From positions 6,639 through 70,638 of IMG/VR virus record IMGVR_UViG_3300027971_000047: a DNA stretch of 64,000 nt, one strand, 5' to 3'. The notes below the pieces were generated by a model, which did not search any database, was not told where the DNA came from, and worked only from the letters and a program-made list of their open reading frames with translations. Below, one piece after another: positions 49,661 to 57,761 of the stretch. The position numbers and the translations under genes were made by a program. The DNA is from a virus. Each line of letters opens with the position of its first letter. The stretch's first letter is position 1.

Positions 49661-50163
49661 AATGCTTTACTTGCGGTAGCGAGTTAAGACTGACAGTAGT
49701 TAAAGGAAAAACCTATTGCTTTAGGTGCGAGGCTGATGCTTCAATGGAGCAGTACGGAATAGTTCGAACAATCAAAGAGAGGACAGCATGAAAACTATCA
49801 ATGATGAAATCGGTTACATAGAAGGTCGATTGCTCAAGAAGGGAATCCGATTGAGTCCCAAGGGACGCAGTTGGGCAGAGAATCTTGAGGCAATGGTTTT
49901 CCTAGGTGGAATCCTGTTGATTTTCGGCATTGTAGGGTCAATAGAGACTGGCAGGTGGTTCTGATGATACTTCTATCATGGCTAAGGGGTAATAAGCCTC
50001 TACGGGTCTCTGAAGGCTCATTAAGGGCTATTCGTAGGGCGCAGTTGGATAAAACCCTCGCTGAAGAGGCTGATAAGCGACGCGCTCGAAAGATGGCTCG
50101 CTTTAGTTTGATTTCCAAACCCCAGTAGGATATACTTTGAATTGTCCGAGAGGAGGACATTAA

Positions 50164-50577
50164 ATGACAACTTCAGTCATCGAGAAGAAAAAGGCTCTTA
50201 CAAAAACTCAATGTAAGCGCATTTATGTTGAAGCATACGAGGCTGGTCTTTTGGCTGGCAAAGATGCAGACACTCCAAAGTTTGTAGTTGGTTCACCAAC
50301 TACTGCACTTGGTAGTGATATTGATTTTAGTAAAAAAACTTACATCCTTGACGGTCTTTGCGGATTTGCTTGGGTAAACATTTCACCAGCGCGAGGTGCG
50401 TTTGTGAATTGGTTAAAGGCTCAAGGCATCGGTAGCAAGGGTTATTACGGTGGATACGAGATTTGGGTTCGTGAATTCGGACAGAGCGTAGACCGTAAAT
50501 ATGCTTTTGCTCAAGCCTTCGCTCAGGTTCTTGGAAAATACGGAATCGAAGCGAGCGCTGGCAGTCGCCTTGACTAA
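50164..50577 (+). CDS. Conserved phage hypothetical protein
   Basis: GLCGFAWV...QS.DRK.A.A.AFA.VL; promoter and RBS hairpin upstream. Confidence 0.7.
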   Translation: MTTSVIEKKKALTKTQCKRIYVEAYEAGLLAGKDADTPKFVVGSPTTALGSDIDFSKKTYILDGLCGFAWVNISPARGAFVNWLKAQGIGSKGYYGGYEIWVREFGQSVDRKYAFAQAFAQVLGKYGIEASAGSRLD

Positions 50578-50592
50578 GTAACAAAACTGGAA

Positions 50593-50770
50593 TTCATCCC
50601 GTCGGTCTCTTCTTAGATTGGCGGGATGAACCACATAACCACCTTTTTCCTTTCATGGTTATGTGTGGGGTATCATTTACGCGGGTACCCAATAGTTCGG
50701 TGGCGTAGTAGCGCCTGTTACGCGTCCGTCCTCTCTCTAGCGTAACTTTCATCGCTCCGCCACCGAGCGC
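50593..50770. ncRNA. Structured non-coding region with three stem-loop elements
   Basis: TTCATCCCG..CGGGATGAA; CACATAACCA..TGGTTATGTG; TCGGTGGCG..CGCCACCGA enclosing GTTACGC..GCGTAAC. Confidence 0.4.
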
Positions 50771-50919
50771 CCATCCTTGACACTCATTCATCTTGATGAT
50801 GTACCCTTTAACAAGGTTCGCAAAACACCTACTAGCCAAAGTGAGGTCAGTCCAATACTGACAACATAGAAGCGTTACAACCAGTAACGAAAAATGTTCA
50901 CCCCTAACAACGGAGGAAT

Positions 50920-51375
50920 ATGCGATTCTATGAAAAAGTTATTACGAAACCAATTCCAGTCGCACTTTTTATTCTTGGATTCATACTTCTAAATCCATTC
51001 CACATCCCACCTGACCCTCAAGCAAAAGCGTCTGAGGTGGTTGTGAAACCAATACTGGTTGAACGCAATCCCGAAGCATCAATGGCTTATGCCCAAAAAC
51101 AATTAAGCACAATGGGTTGGGATACACCCGCTCAATGGGAATGTTTGCTATCGCTTTGGACCAAAGAATCAAATTGGCGTCCTGATGCCTACAATAAAAC
51201 TGTCGTATATCAAGATGGAGAAAAACTTCATGCTGGCGGAATTCCACAGATACTTGGACTTGACCCTGACTTAACAGTTGAGGAACAAGTAAGTCGTGGA
51301 TTCATTTATATTGAACACAGATATAAAAATCCCTGTTCGGCGTGGCGCTTTTGGAGTTCTAACTTTTGGTATTAG
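50920..51375 (+). CDS. Secreted lytic transglycosylase (actinobacterial SLT-like)
   Basis: N-terminal TM; W.CL..LW.KESNW, GIPQ, YI..RY..PC.AW. Confidence 0.8.
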   Translation: MRFYEKVITKPIPVALFILGFILLNPFHIPPDPQAKASEVVVKPILVERNPEASMAYAQKQLSTMGWDTPAQWECLLSLWTKESNWRPDAYNKTVVYQDGEKLHAGGIPQILGLDPDLTVEEQVSRGFIYIEHRYKNPCSAWRFWSSNFWY

Positions 51376-51384
51376 CCTTCCTAA

Positions 51385-51639
51385 ATGGGAAGTAATGAAC
51401 AGAAAAGACCTTCAGCAATAGACGATGCGCTCGCCGAAATCGGGCGCATCGCTTTTGTTGAACCAGCAATCTGTACAGGATGGGTTCTTGTATCTGAATG
51501 GATGGGCGAAGGCGATAAGGATTACTGGACGCTTACACTTGCCGATGACCAAAATCCTGATTGGCGACATCTTGGTTTAGTTCACCACGGATTAAAAAAT
51601 TGGGAAGGTGACGATGATGTCGGACTCAGAGACAAATAG
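51385..51639 (+). CDS. Hypothetical protein
   Basis: CTGWVLVSEW...P.W...GL; leaderless-type start. Confidence 0.6.
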   Translation: MGSNEQKRPSAIDDALAEIGRIAFVEPAICTGWVLVSEWMGEGDKDYWTLTLADDQNPDWRHLGLVHHGLKNWEGDDDVGLRDK

Positions 51640-51766
51640 ACCACTTGATGAAAAACAAAGAATTGAATTATTAAATAAATTGATTACAGAACGCTATGGT
51701 GAGTGGGCGACACGCAAGACTCCCGAGATAAATAACGATGATGAAGCCAAGCGCTAAAATTACAAC

Positions 51767-52099
51767 ATGGGTTCATTCACTTCTAAAGCGCCGTGCCGTG
51801 ATGCTGACCCATGGCTTTTTGACCAATACAATTTAGATTTAGTACAACCAGCGCTTAACTATTGTTCTCGATGTATTTTTTGGCAAGAGTGTGACTCTCT
51901 AGTAAAGCCTAAAGTTAATTTTTATGATGGAGTTGTTGCTGGCAAAGTATGGCGTAATGGCAGAATTTTGGCTAAGTTAGATGCCTCTTCCCCGTACCGC
52001 CTAATTGTTGGAGAGGAAAACATTGCAGAAAATTATGATGCCTTGGAAGTTTCAGGGAGCGAGTTGCTTGGGGGTACCGACGGAGTTCTTCTTCCCTGA
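51767..52099 (+). CDS. WhiB-like protein
   Basis: C..ADP.LF, C..C...C, GVVAG. Confidence 0.6.
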   Translation: MGSFTSKAPCRDADPWLFDQYNLDLVQPALNYCSRCIFWQECDSLVKPKVNFYDGVVAGKVWRNGRILAKLDASSPYRLIVGEENIAENYDALEVSGSELLGGTDGVLLP

Positions 52100-52301
52100 A
52101 GGTTCAGGAATTACAGATGAAAACCGAACAGCAAAAAAGATTTGTAACGGGTGCGTATTAAAAACAGAATGTCTGACCTATGCGCTACATTACAAAGTAA
52201 CGGGTATTTGGGGTGGAACATCACTAAATGAACGCGACAACATAAGAAAAAAACTAAACATAATCGCCAAACCAATAACTAACGAAAGGCACACAGCATG
52301 A
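52035..52301 (+). CDS. whiB: WhiB family transcriptional regulator
   Basis: C...TEFFFP, AKKICNGC....ECL.YAL, GIWGGTS..ER. Confidence 0.88.
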   Translation: MMPWKFQGASCLGVPTEFFFPEGSGITDENRTAKKICNGCVLKTECLTYALHYKVTGIWGGTSLNERDNIRKKLNIIAKPITNERHTA

Positions 52302-52726
52302 GCGCACCAATAACAATTACAGGAAATATAGTTAATGACCCTGAATTAAAATTTACTCCCAACGGTAAAGCCTTAGCAATCTTTACAGTTGTTACATCTA
52401 AGTCCAGTAAGAAACCTGACGGAACTTGGGACAATGTAGATACAACTTTTTGGGATGTAAAAGCATGGGGCAAGACTGCTGAAAATTGTGCAGACTCTTT
52501 AGGCAAGGGAATGTCAGTAATTGTTGTAGGCACCGCAGTTCAAGAAAACTGGGATGACAAAGTAACAGGGGCTAAACGCTCAAAGATTGTAGTTACCGCT
52601 TGGAACTTAGGCATTGACATGAAGCGCCATACAGTTGCTCAAGTAAGTACAACCACTCGCACAGATACACCTAAGACGCCTTCAGATGCTTGGAGTATGC
52701 CAATATCTGACATTGCACCTTTCTAA
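52298..52726 (+). CDS. ssb: Single-stranded DNA-binding protein
   Basis: ITGN...DPELKFTPNG, AW.K.AEN, C-terminal DIAPF. Confidence 0.9.
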   Translation: MSAPITITGNIVNDPELKFTPNGKALAIFTVVTSKSSKKPDGTWDNVDTTFWDVKAWGKTAENCADSLGKGMSVIVVGTAVQENWDDKVTGAKRSKIVVTAWNLGIDMKRHTVAQVSTTTRTDTPKTPSDAWSMPISDIAPF

Positions 52727-52775
52727 CCCTTATGTAGTATAATCGGGGTTGAAAAACTCTCGAAAGGGGTTGTAA

Positions 52776-53075
52776 ATGGCTTGGACTGATTTCTTCACAA
52801 AGGAATTAGCAGGTTCAAAAGTTGTTGTTGATTCGAATGGTAAACCATTTGTATCTCAAGAAATTGCTCTAAAAGAGTATGTTGAGATTGAGTTAAACAT
52901 CCAACGGGATGCTTTGCCTTACAACATCTACTTCCGACGCTTTGATGCAATTGGTGGCGAATTAGAAAATCGTCTCTTTGCTCAAGTTGGCGACAGAGAT
53001 TTGGCTTTGAAATCTGCTCTAGGAATAACTAACAAAAGAATTAACTCTTTTGAACTTGTTTCAGACGGAGAATAA
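52776..53075 (+). CDS. Hypothetical protein
   Basis: ORF with TATAAT promoter and RBS. Confidence 0.6.
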   Translation: MAWTDFFTKELAGSKVVVDSNGKPFVSQEIALKEYVEIELNIQRDALPYNIYFRRFDAIGGELENRLFAQVGDRDLALKSALGITNKRINSFELVSDGE

Positions 53076-53109
53076 AAAGGCTAAATCCGCTTAACGGTAT
53101 AATCGACAG

Positions 53110-53265
53110 GTGTACGATAACCTTTCACCCAATCGTGAGGCTGTCGTGTCTGTTTTACGGGCTTTCGCAATTCAAACTCACGAAGTATTTTCGGAGTTGA
53201 TAAATGCGGGATTCAATGAGCAACAGGCAATCGCAATTGTCGTAGGATTAGCAACCAAAGAGTAG
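53110..53265 (+). CDS. Small hypothetical protein
   Basis: TATAAT 6 nt before GTG; HE.F..L..AGFNEQQA..I. Confidence 0.55.
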   Translation: MYDNLSPNREAVVSVLRAFAIQTHEVFSELINAGFNEQQAIAIVVGLATKE

Positions 53266-53273
53266 AGGGTTAA

Positions 53274-54704
53274 ATGGCTGAGAAAATAACGCCCGATTTA
53301 CAAGAGTTAGGTTCTACTGGTTTACGCCGTTCAGGTGGAACGGTCTTTGAAGAATTTTTAGTTAATCTGCGTGGACAACGCGGAGCAAGAATCTATCGAG
53401 AGATGGCGGACAACGACCCGACCATCGGCTCAATGTTGTATGCAATAGAAAAAGTTATTACTCGTCTTGAATGGCGTGTAGACCCTTTCTCAGATGATTC
53501 TCAAGACGGAGATATTTCTAAGCAAGATAAAGAAGTAGCAGTATTCGTAGAATCTTGTATACATGATATGAGCGAGTCTTGGGACTCTGCTTTATCTCAA
53601 ATACTTTCAATGCTTGTCTTTGGTTTTTCATATCATGAGATTGTTTACAAAATCCGTGAAGGCGATAGCAAAAACCCACAGCGTAAATCTAAATATAATG
53701 ATGGTCGTATTGGTTGGCGCAAAATGCCTATTCGCGCCCAAGAAACTTTATTCCGTTGGGAAATGGATGACGATGGCGGTATTCAAGCCATGGTTCAAGT
53801 AGACCCATCAGCGGGTGGTATCCATACAATTCCAATTGAGAAGGCTTTGTTATTCCGTACCCATACACAAAAGAATAACCCTGAAGGTCGTTCTATTCTT
53901 CGTAACGCTTATCGCTCTTGGTACTTCAAGCGTCGTATTGAAGAGATTGAAGCAATCGGTATTGAGCGTGACTTAGCAGGTCTACCAGTTGCTTATGTAC
54001 CACCTGAGTTCCTTTCATCATCAGCAACAGCCGAGCAAGCCTCAGTTCTTGCATCAATCCAAAGCATCGTTACTTCTATTAAGCGTAATGAGCAAGAGGG
54101 AATCATTATGCCCTCGATGTATGACGACCAAGGACACAAAGTATTTGATTTAGTTCTTTTATCTTCAGGCGGTTCTCGTCAGTTTGATACAGACAAAGTT
54201 ATCCAGCGCTATGACCAAAGAATTGCAATGTCAATCCTTTCTGACTTTATTCTCCTTGGCTCTGACCGAGTTGGTTCCTACGCCCTTGGAACTTCCAAGA
54301 TGGATTTGTGGTCGATGTCAGTTGATGCAATTGCTAAAAGTATTGCTGAAGTAATTAACCAACATGCTATTCCTCGTTTATTAAAACTAAATGGCATGGA
54401 TGTTGCTCGCGCTCCTTATCTAACTTATGGTGAAGTAAGCCATGTTGATTTGAATGAGATTGCTGGATTTGTTGGCAACTTGGTACAAACAGGTGCAATA
54501 GTTCCTGACCCTAAGTTGGAAGAGTATCTACGCGACCTCGCTGGATTACCACCTGCCGAACATGATGGACAGAATTTTGGTATGCCACCTATGCCTGAAG
54601 CGGCAGGGATGCCTCCCATGCCTGAAGAACCAGCAACATCAGGTGAAGAAGAATTACCACCTGCTCCAACTACGGAGGCTCCGCAACCCCCTGAAGTTGG
54701 TTAG
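53274..54704 (+). CDS. Portal protein (DUF935/Mu gp29-like)
   Basis: GFS.HEIV, NPEGRSILR.AY, IGIERD..G.P; precedes MuF. Confidence 0.85.
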   Translation: MAEKITPDLQELGSTGLRRSGGTVFEEFLVNLRGQRGARIYREMADNDPTIGSMLYAIEKVITRLEWRVDPFSDDSQDGDISKQDKEVAVFVESCIHDMSESWDSALSQILSMLVFGFSYHEIVYKIREGDSKNPQRKSKYNDGRIGWRKMPIRAQETLFRWEMDDDGGIQAMVQVDPSAGGIHTIPIEKALLFRTHTQKNNPEGRSILRNAYRSWYFKRRIEEIEAIGIERDLAGLPVAYVPPEFLSSSATAEQASVLASIQSIVTSIKRNEQEGIIMPSMYDDQGHKVFDLVLLSSGGSRQFDTDKVIQRYDQRIAMSILSDFILLGSDRVGSYALGTSKMDLWSMSVDAIAKSIAEVINQHAIPRLLKLNGMDVARAPYLTYGEVSHVDLNEIAGFVGNLVQTGAIVPDPKLEEYLRDLAGLPPAEHDGQNFGMPPMPEAAGMPPMPEEPATSGEEELPPAPTTEAPQPPEVG

Positions 54705-54706
54705 AG

Positions 54707-55723
54707 ATGGCACTACATTTTGTACATCCCTTTGAAAAGGCGCGTAACAAAAGAGTTCCACTAACACCTCAAGAACAAGAACTTGCTCGTACTTTGTATC
54801 AATCAATTCAGCGAGCCACAGATAAAATCTCGATGAGACAACTTGAGTCCCTGCTTCGTAACATGAACCCTGAAACCTTAGAGCGTTTATTATCAACCAT
54901 AACTATTGCTAATCAAAAGAGCATTAGAGATTCACTTCTAAATTCAATTGATATTGGTGGCAAGGATGCCATTAAACAAATTCAAAAGATTGCTCCTAAA
55001 TTAGCCCTCCCTGCCTTCTCACCTTCTAAAGTAAAGATAGAAAATAGACCAGCATTGGCTAACCTTGAGTTCACAAAAATTCCTATATGGGCGCAACCAA
55101 AACCACCTAAAGTTGAATTCACTATGTCCTTTAATAAAACAAACCCAAACTCTTTAGCCTTTGCTCAACGCCGTGCTGGAGAACTTGTAACCTCGATTGA
55201 TGCACTAACTCGTCTGTCAGTTCGCAAAGCAATCATCGATGCTTTCAATGAGGGCTTAGATTACAGAGCAACAGCCCGAAGAATTAAAAGTGTTGTAGGG
55301 CTACATCCAAGATTCGCTGATGCAGTAACTAACTTTGAGAAAAAAGAGTATGCCCGATTAGTTAAAAGCGGAATAAAAGAAGAAGCCGCTCGCGCTAAAG
55401 CAATCGAACGCTCTACCCGTTATTCAGATTCTCTTAAGAGCAAGAGAGCCACCATGATTGCTCGAACAGAGATTCAGATTGCTCAAAACGAAGGACGCCA
55501 AGAGGGATGGAACCAAGCGGCTAAAGAAGGTTATGTAGATGTTGAATCACAAAAGATGTGGATTATTGCTCAAGATGAACGCACCTGCGAAATATGTTTA
55601 GAATTAGATGGCGAGATAGTTCCTTGGGACGGAGCATTTTCTAGCGGAGATGAAACTCCAGGCAGAGTTCACCCTAATTGTCGTTGCACCATGGTAATCA
55701 TTCCACCTGAGAGACGCTCATGA
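54707..55723 (+). CDS. MuF-family minor head protein
   Basis: RATMIARTE, DERTC..C..LDG, HPNCRC. Confidence 0.88.
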   Translation: MALHFVHPFEKARNKRVPLTPQEQELARTLYQSIQRATDKISMRQLESLLRNMNPETLERLLSTITIANQKSIRDSLLNSIDIGGKDAIKQIQKIAPKLALPAFSPSKVKIENRPALANLEFTKIPIWAQPKPPKVEFTMSFNKTNPNSLAFAQRRAGELVTSIDALTRLSVRKAIIDAFNEGLDYRATARRIKSVVGLHPRFADAVTNFEKKEYARLVKSGIKEEAARAKAIERSTRYSDSLKSKRATMIARTEIQIAQNEGRQEGWNQAAKEGYVDVESQKMWIIAQDERTCEICLELDGEIVPWDGAFSSGDETPGRVHPNCRCTMVIIPPERRS

Positions 55724-56979
55724 GTATCACAATCGCATTTCCTCTTGGATATAAGCCAGTCCTTAAACATGGTGACCATGACCAAACTGACCACGGCGCT
55801 TGGGCAACCCAAGGTTCTGAAAAAGAAAAAGAAATTCACGAACGGATTACTGATATTAAAACAGGTGATTACGAGAGAGACAAATACGATGAGGAAGATA
55901 AAAACCTCTATCAAAAAATAGAAGCAAAATATAAAACGAAAGATGATAAAACTTATTTGTTGTGGCAAGAAAACATTAAAACACCTGAAGGAAATAACAT
56001 AATTGAAGTTAGAGCCTACGAGCCAAAAACATTAAGAAGCGGTAAAGAAGGTAGAAAACAAATCGGTTCATTGGCTACCGAAGGTAGAACAAGTTCAATA
56101 ATAGATGGTGTTTATGTTGATGAACAATATCAACGCCAAGGTATTGCTACCGCCATGTTAAATATGGCTAGAACCTATGCTCCTGATAATATGAAAATCA
56201 GCCATTCTTATTCTTTGTCAGACGATGCAAAAGGCTGGAGTAGTGTTGTAAAACACGGCGACCACGACCAATCAACGCACGGTAGTTGGGCTTCAGGTAA
56301 CTTTAATGAAATCTACGATGGCGAAAAAGCACAAAACACTTACTTTGATACTTACGGGATTAAAACTGATGGAAGTAAAGACCCTGTTGGAATCTCCCGT
56401 GAAGAAATAAGAAGTTTGAACACTTACACAGCAGATGGTTATGCAGAAATAAATGGATATTTACGAAGATTTAATAGAGAGCCTGATGAAAACGATTCGA
56501 TTGATGCCAAACAATACCGTCAAATGCAAGAATATAGAGTTGGCGATTTGGATAAACTCATAGAAGAAGCGCCTGAATTTTTTGGAGACAAAAATTTATA
56601 CCGAGTGTTTGATAAAAGTATTACAGATACTCTTGAAGTAGGAGATGTATTGACAGATAAAGGCTTTATGTCTACAACTAGAGTTGATATAACTAGGCAA
56701 GAAGGCTTAGAAGTATTGCAAAATTTACAAATGATTAGAACCACAGATGACACACCATCAATTCTTTTGCCAAGTGAATCTAAAAAAGGCAAAGGTCTAG
56801 CAGTTGATTATCTAAAAAATGCTGTTGTAGATTTGTTTGACAATGTTTCCGCCGCTAACAACGAAAGAGAAATTTTATTACCAAGAAATACATCTTTGAA
56901 ATTTATGGGATATAAAACTGTTAGTGTTGGGAGTGGCGACCCAATGAAAGTAGGAGTTTTTCAAAGGATGGACAAATGA
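55720..56979 (+). CDS. Polyprotein: GNAT acetyltransferase domain + VIP2-like ADP-ribosyltransferase domain
   Basis: VYVDEQYQRQGIATAML; YT..GY..IN..LR, LYR, GFMSTT, EREILLPR; two KHGDHDQ motifs. Confidence 0.8.
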   Translation: MSITIAFPLGYKPVLKHGDHDQTDHGAWATQGSEKEKEIHERITDIKTGDYERDKYDEEDKNLYQKIEAKYKTKDDKTYLLWQENIKTPEGNNIIEVRAYEPKTLRSGKEGRKQIGSLATEGRTSSIIDGVYVDEQYQRQGIATAMLNMARTYAPDNMKISHSYSLSDDAKGWSSVVKHGDHDQSTHGSWASGNFNEIYDGEKAQNTYFDTYGIKTDGSKDPVGISREEIRSLNTYTADGYAEINGYLRRFNREPDENDSIDAKQYRQMQEYRVGDLDKLIEEAPEFFGDKNLYRVFDKSITDTLEVGDVLTDKGFMSTTRVDITRQEGLEVLQNLQMIRTTDDTPSILLPSESKKGKGLAVDYLKNAVVDLFDNVSAANNEREILLPRNTSLKFMGYKTVSVGSGDPMKVGVFQRMDK

Positions 56980-57761
56980 GTAGATTCATAACCACGCTTG
57001 AGGATGTTGAGATAACCCGAGCCAAAGATGTAAAAAAACACGGAGACCACGACCAGTCAAGCCACGGCTCATGGGCTACGGGTGGCGCATCGGGAGTTTC
57101 CGCTTCGGAATTAGAAAGAGCGCATGAAGGATTTACATTCAGCGAAGAATCTTCTCAATCTGCTCTTTATTCCTATACTCATAACGGATATAAACTTATT
57201 AACGAGTATCAAAGAAGTGGAGATACTTATGAGTTAATTATGTCTGAGAAAGATGAATTCTTAGATAGAATCCCAGGTGTTTTAATTGATGCCGCTGAAA
57301 TTGATACAGATGATGCTAGGGGAGATGACGCAGACTTAGCGGTTAAAACAGTAGAAAAACTTATTGAAAAAACTACCGAGGCATTAGATTTAGCAATAGA
57401 TGAGGCGCCTCAAGTTTTGAAAGATAAACTTGTTTTTCGAGTAGTATCAGTTGATACCTTAAGAAATTTGAAAGAGGGAGATAGTTTTTCTGAAAAAGGA
57501 TTTGTGAGTACAACATCAGTCGATTTGAGAACAGATTCAAAATTACGAGAAAATCTTGGAAATATCGACAAGAAAACAGATGATGTTGTTGCCATCATAT
57601 ACAACGGGGAATTTGGCAAAGGTCTTGCCGTCAATTACAATCAAGAAGCGGCGGCTAATAAAAATGCTTTTGAGAATGAAATAATTTTACCAAGAAATAC
57701 AGAATTTAAGTTTGTGGGAAAAGATAAAGATGGAAACTATTTATTAGAAAGAAAAAACTAA
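56976..57761 (+). CDS. VIP2-like ADP-ribosyltransferase with KHGDHDQ leader
   Basis: YT..GY..IN, VFR, GFVSTT, ENEIILPRNT. Confidence 0.8.
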   Translation: MSRFITTLEDVEITRAKDVKKHGDHDQSSHGSWATGGASGVSASELERAHEGFTFSEESSQSALYSYTHNGYKLINEYQRSGDTYELIMSEKDEFLDRIPGVLIDAAEIDTDDARGDDADLAVKTVEKLIEKTTEALDLAIDEAPQVLKDKLVFRVVSVDTLRNLKEGDSFSEKGFVSTTSVDLRTDSKLRENLGNIDKKTDDVVAIIYNGEFGKGLAVNYNQEAAANKNAFENEIILPRNTEFKFVGKDKDGNYLLERKN

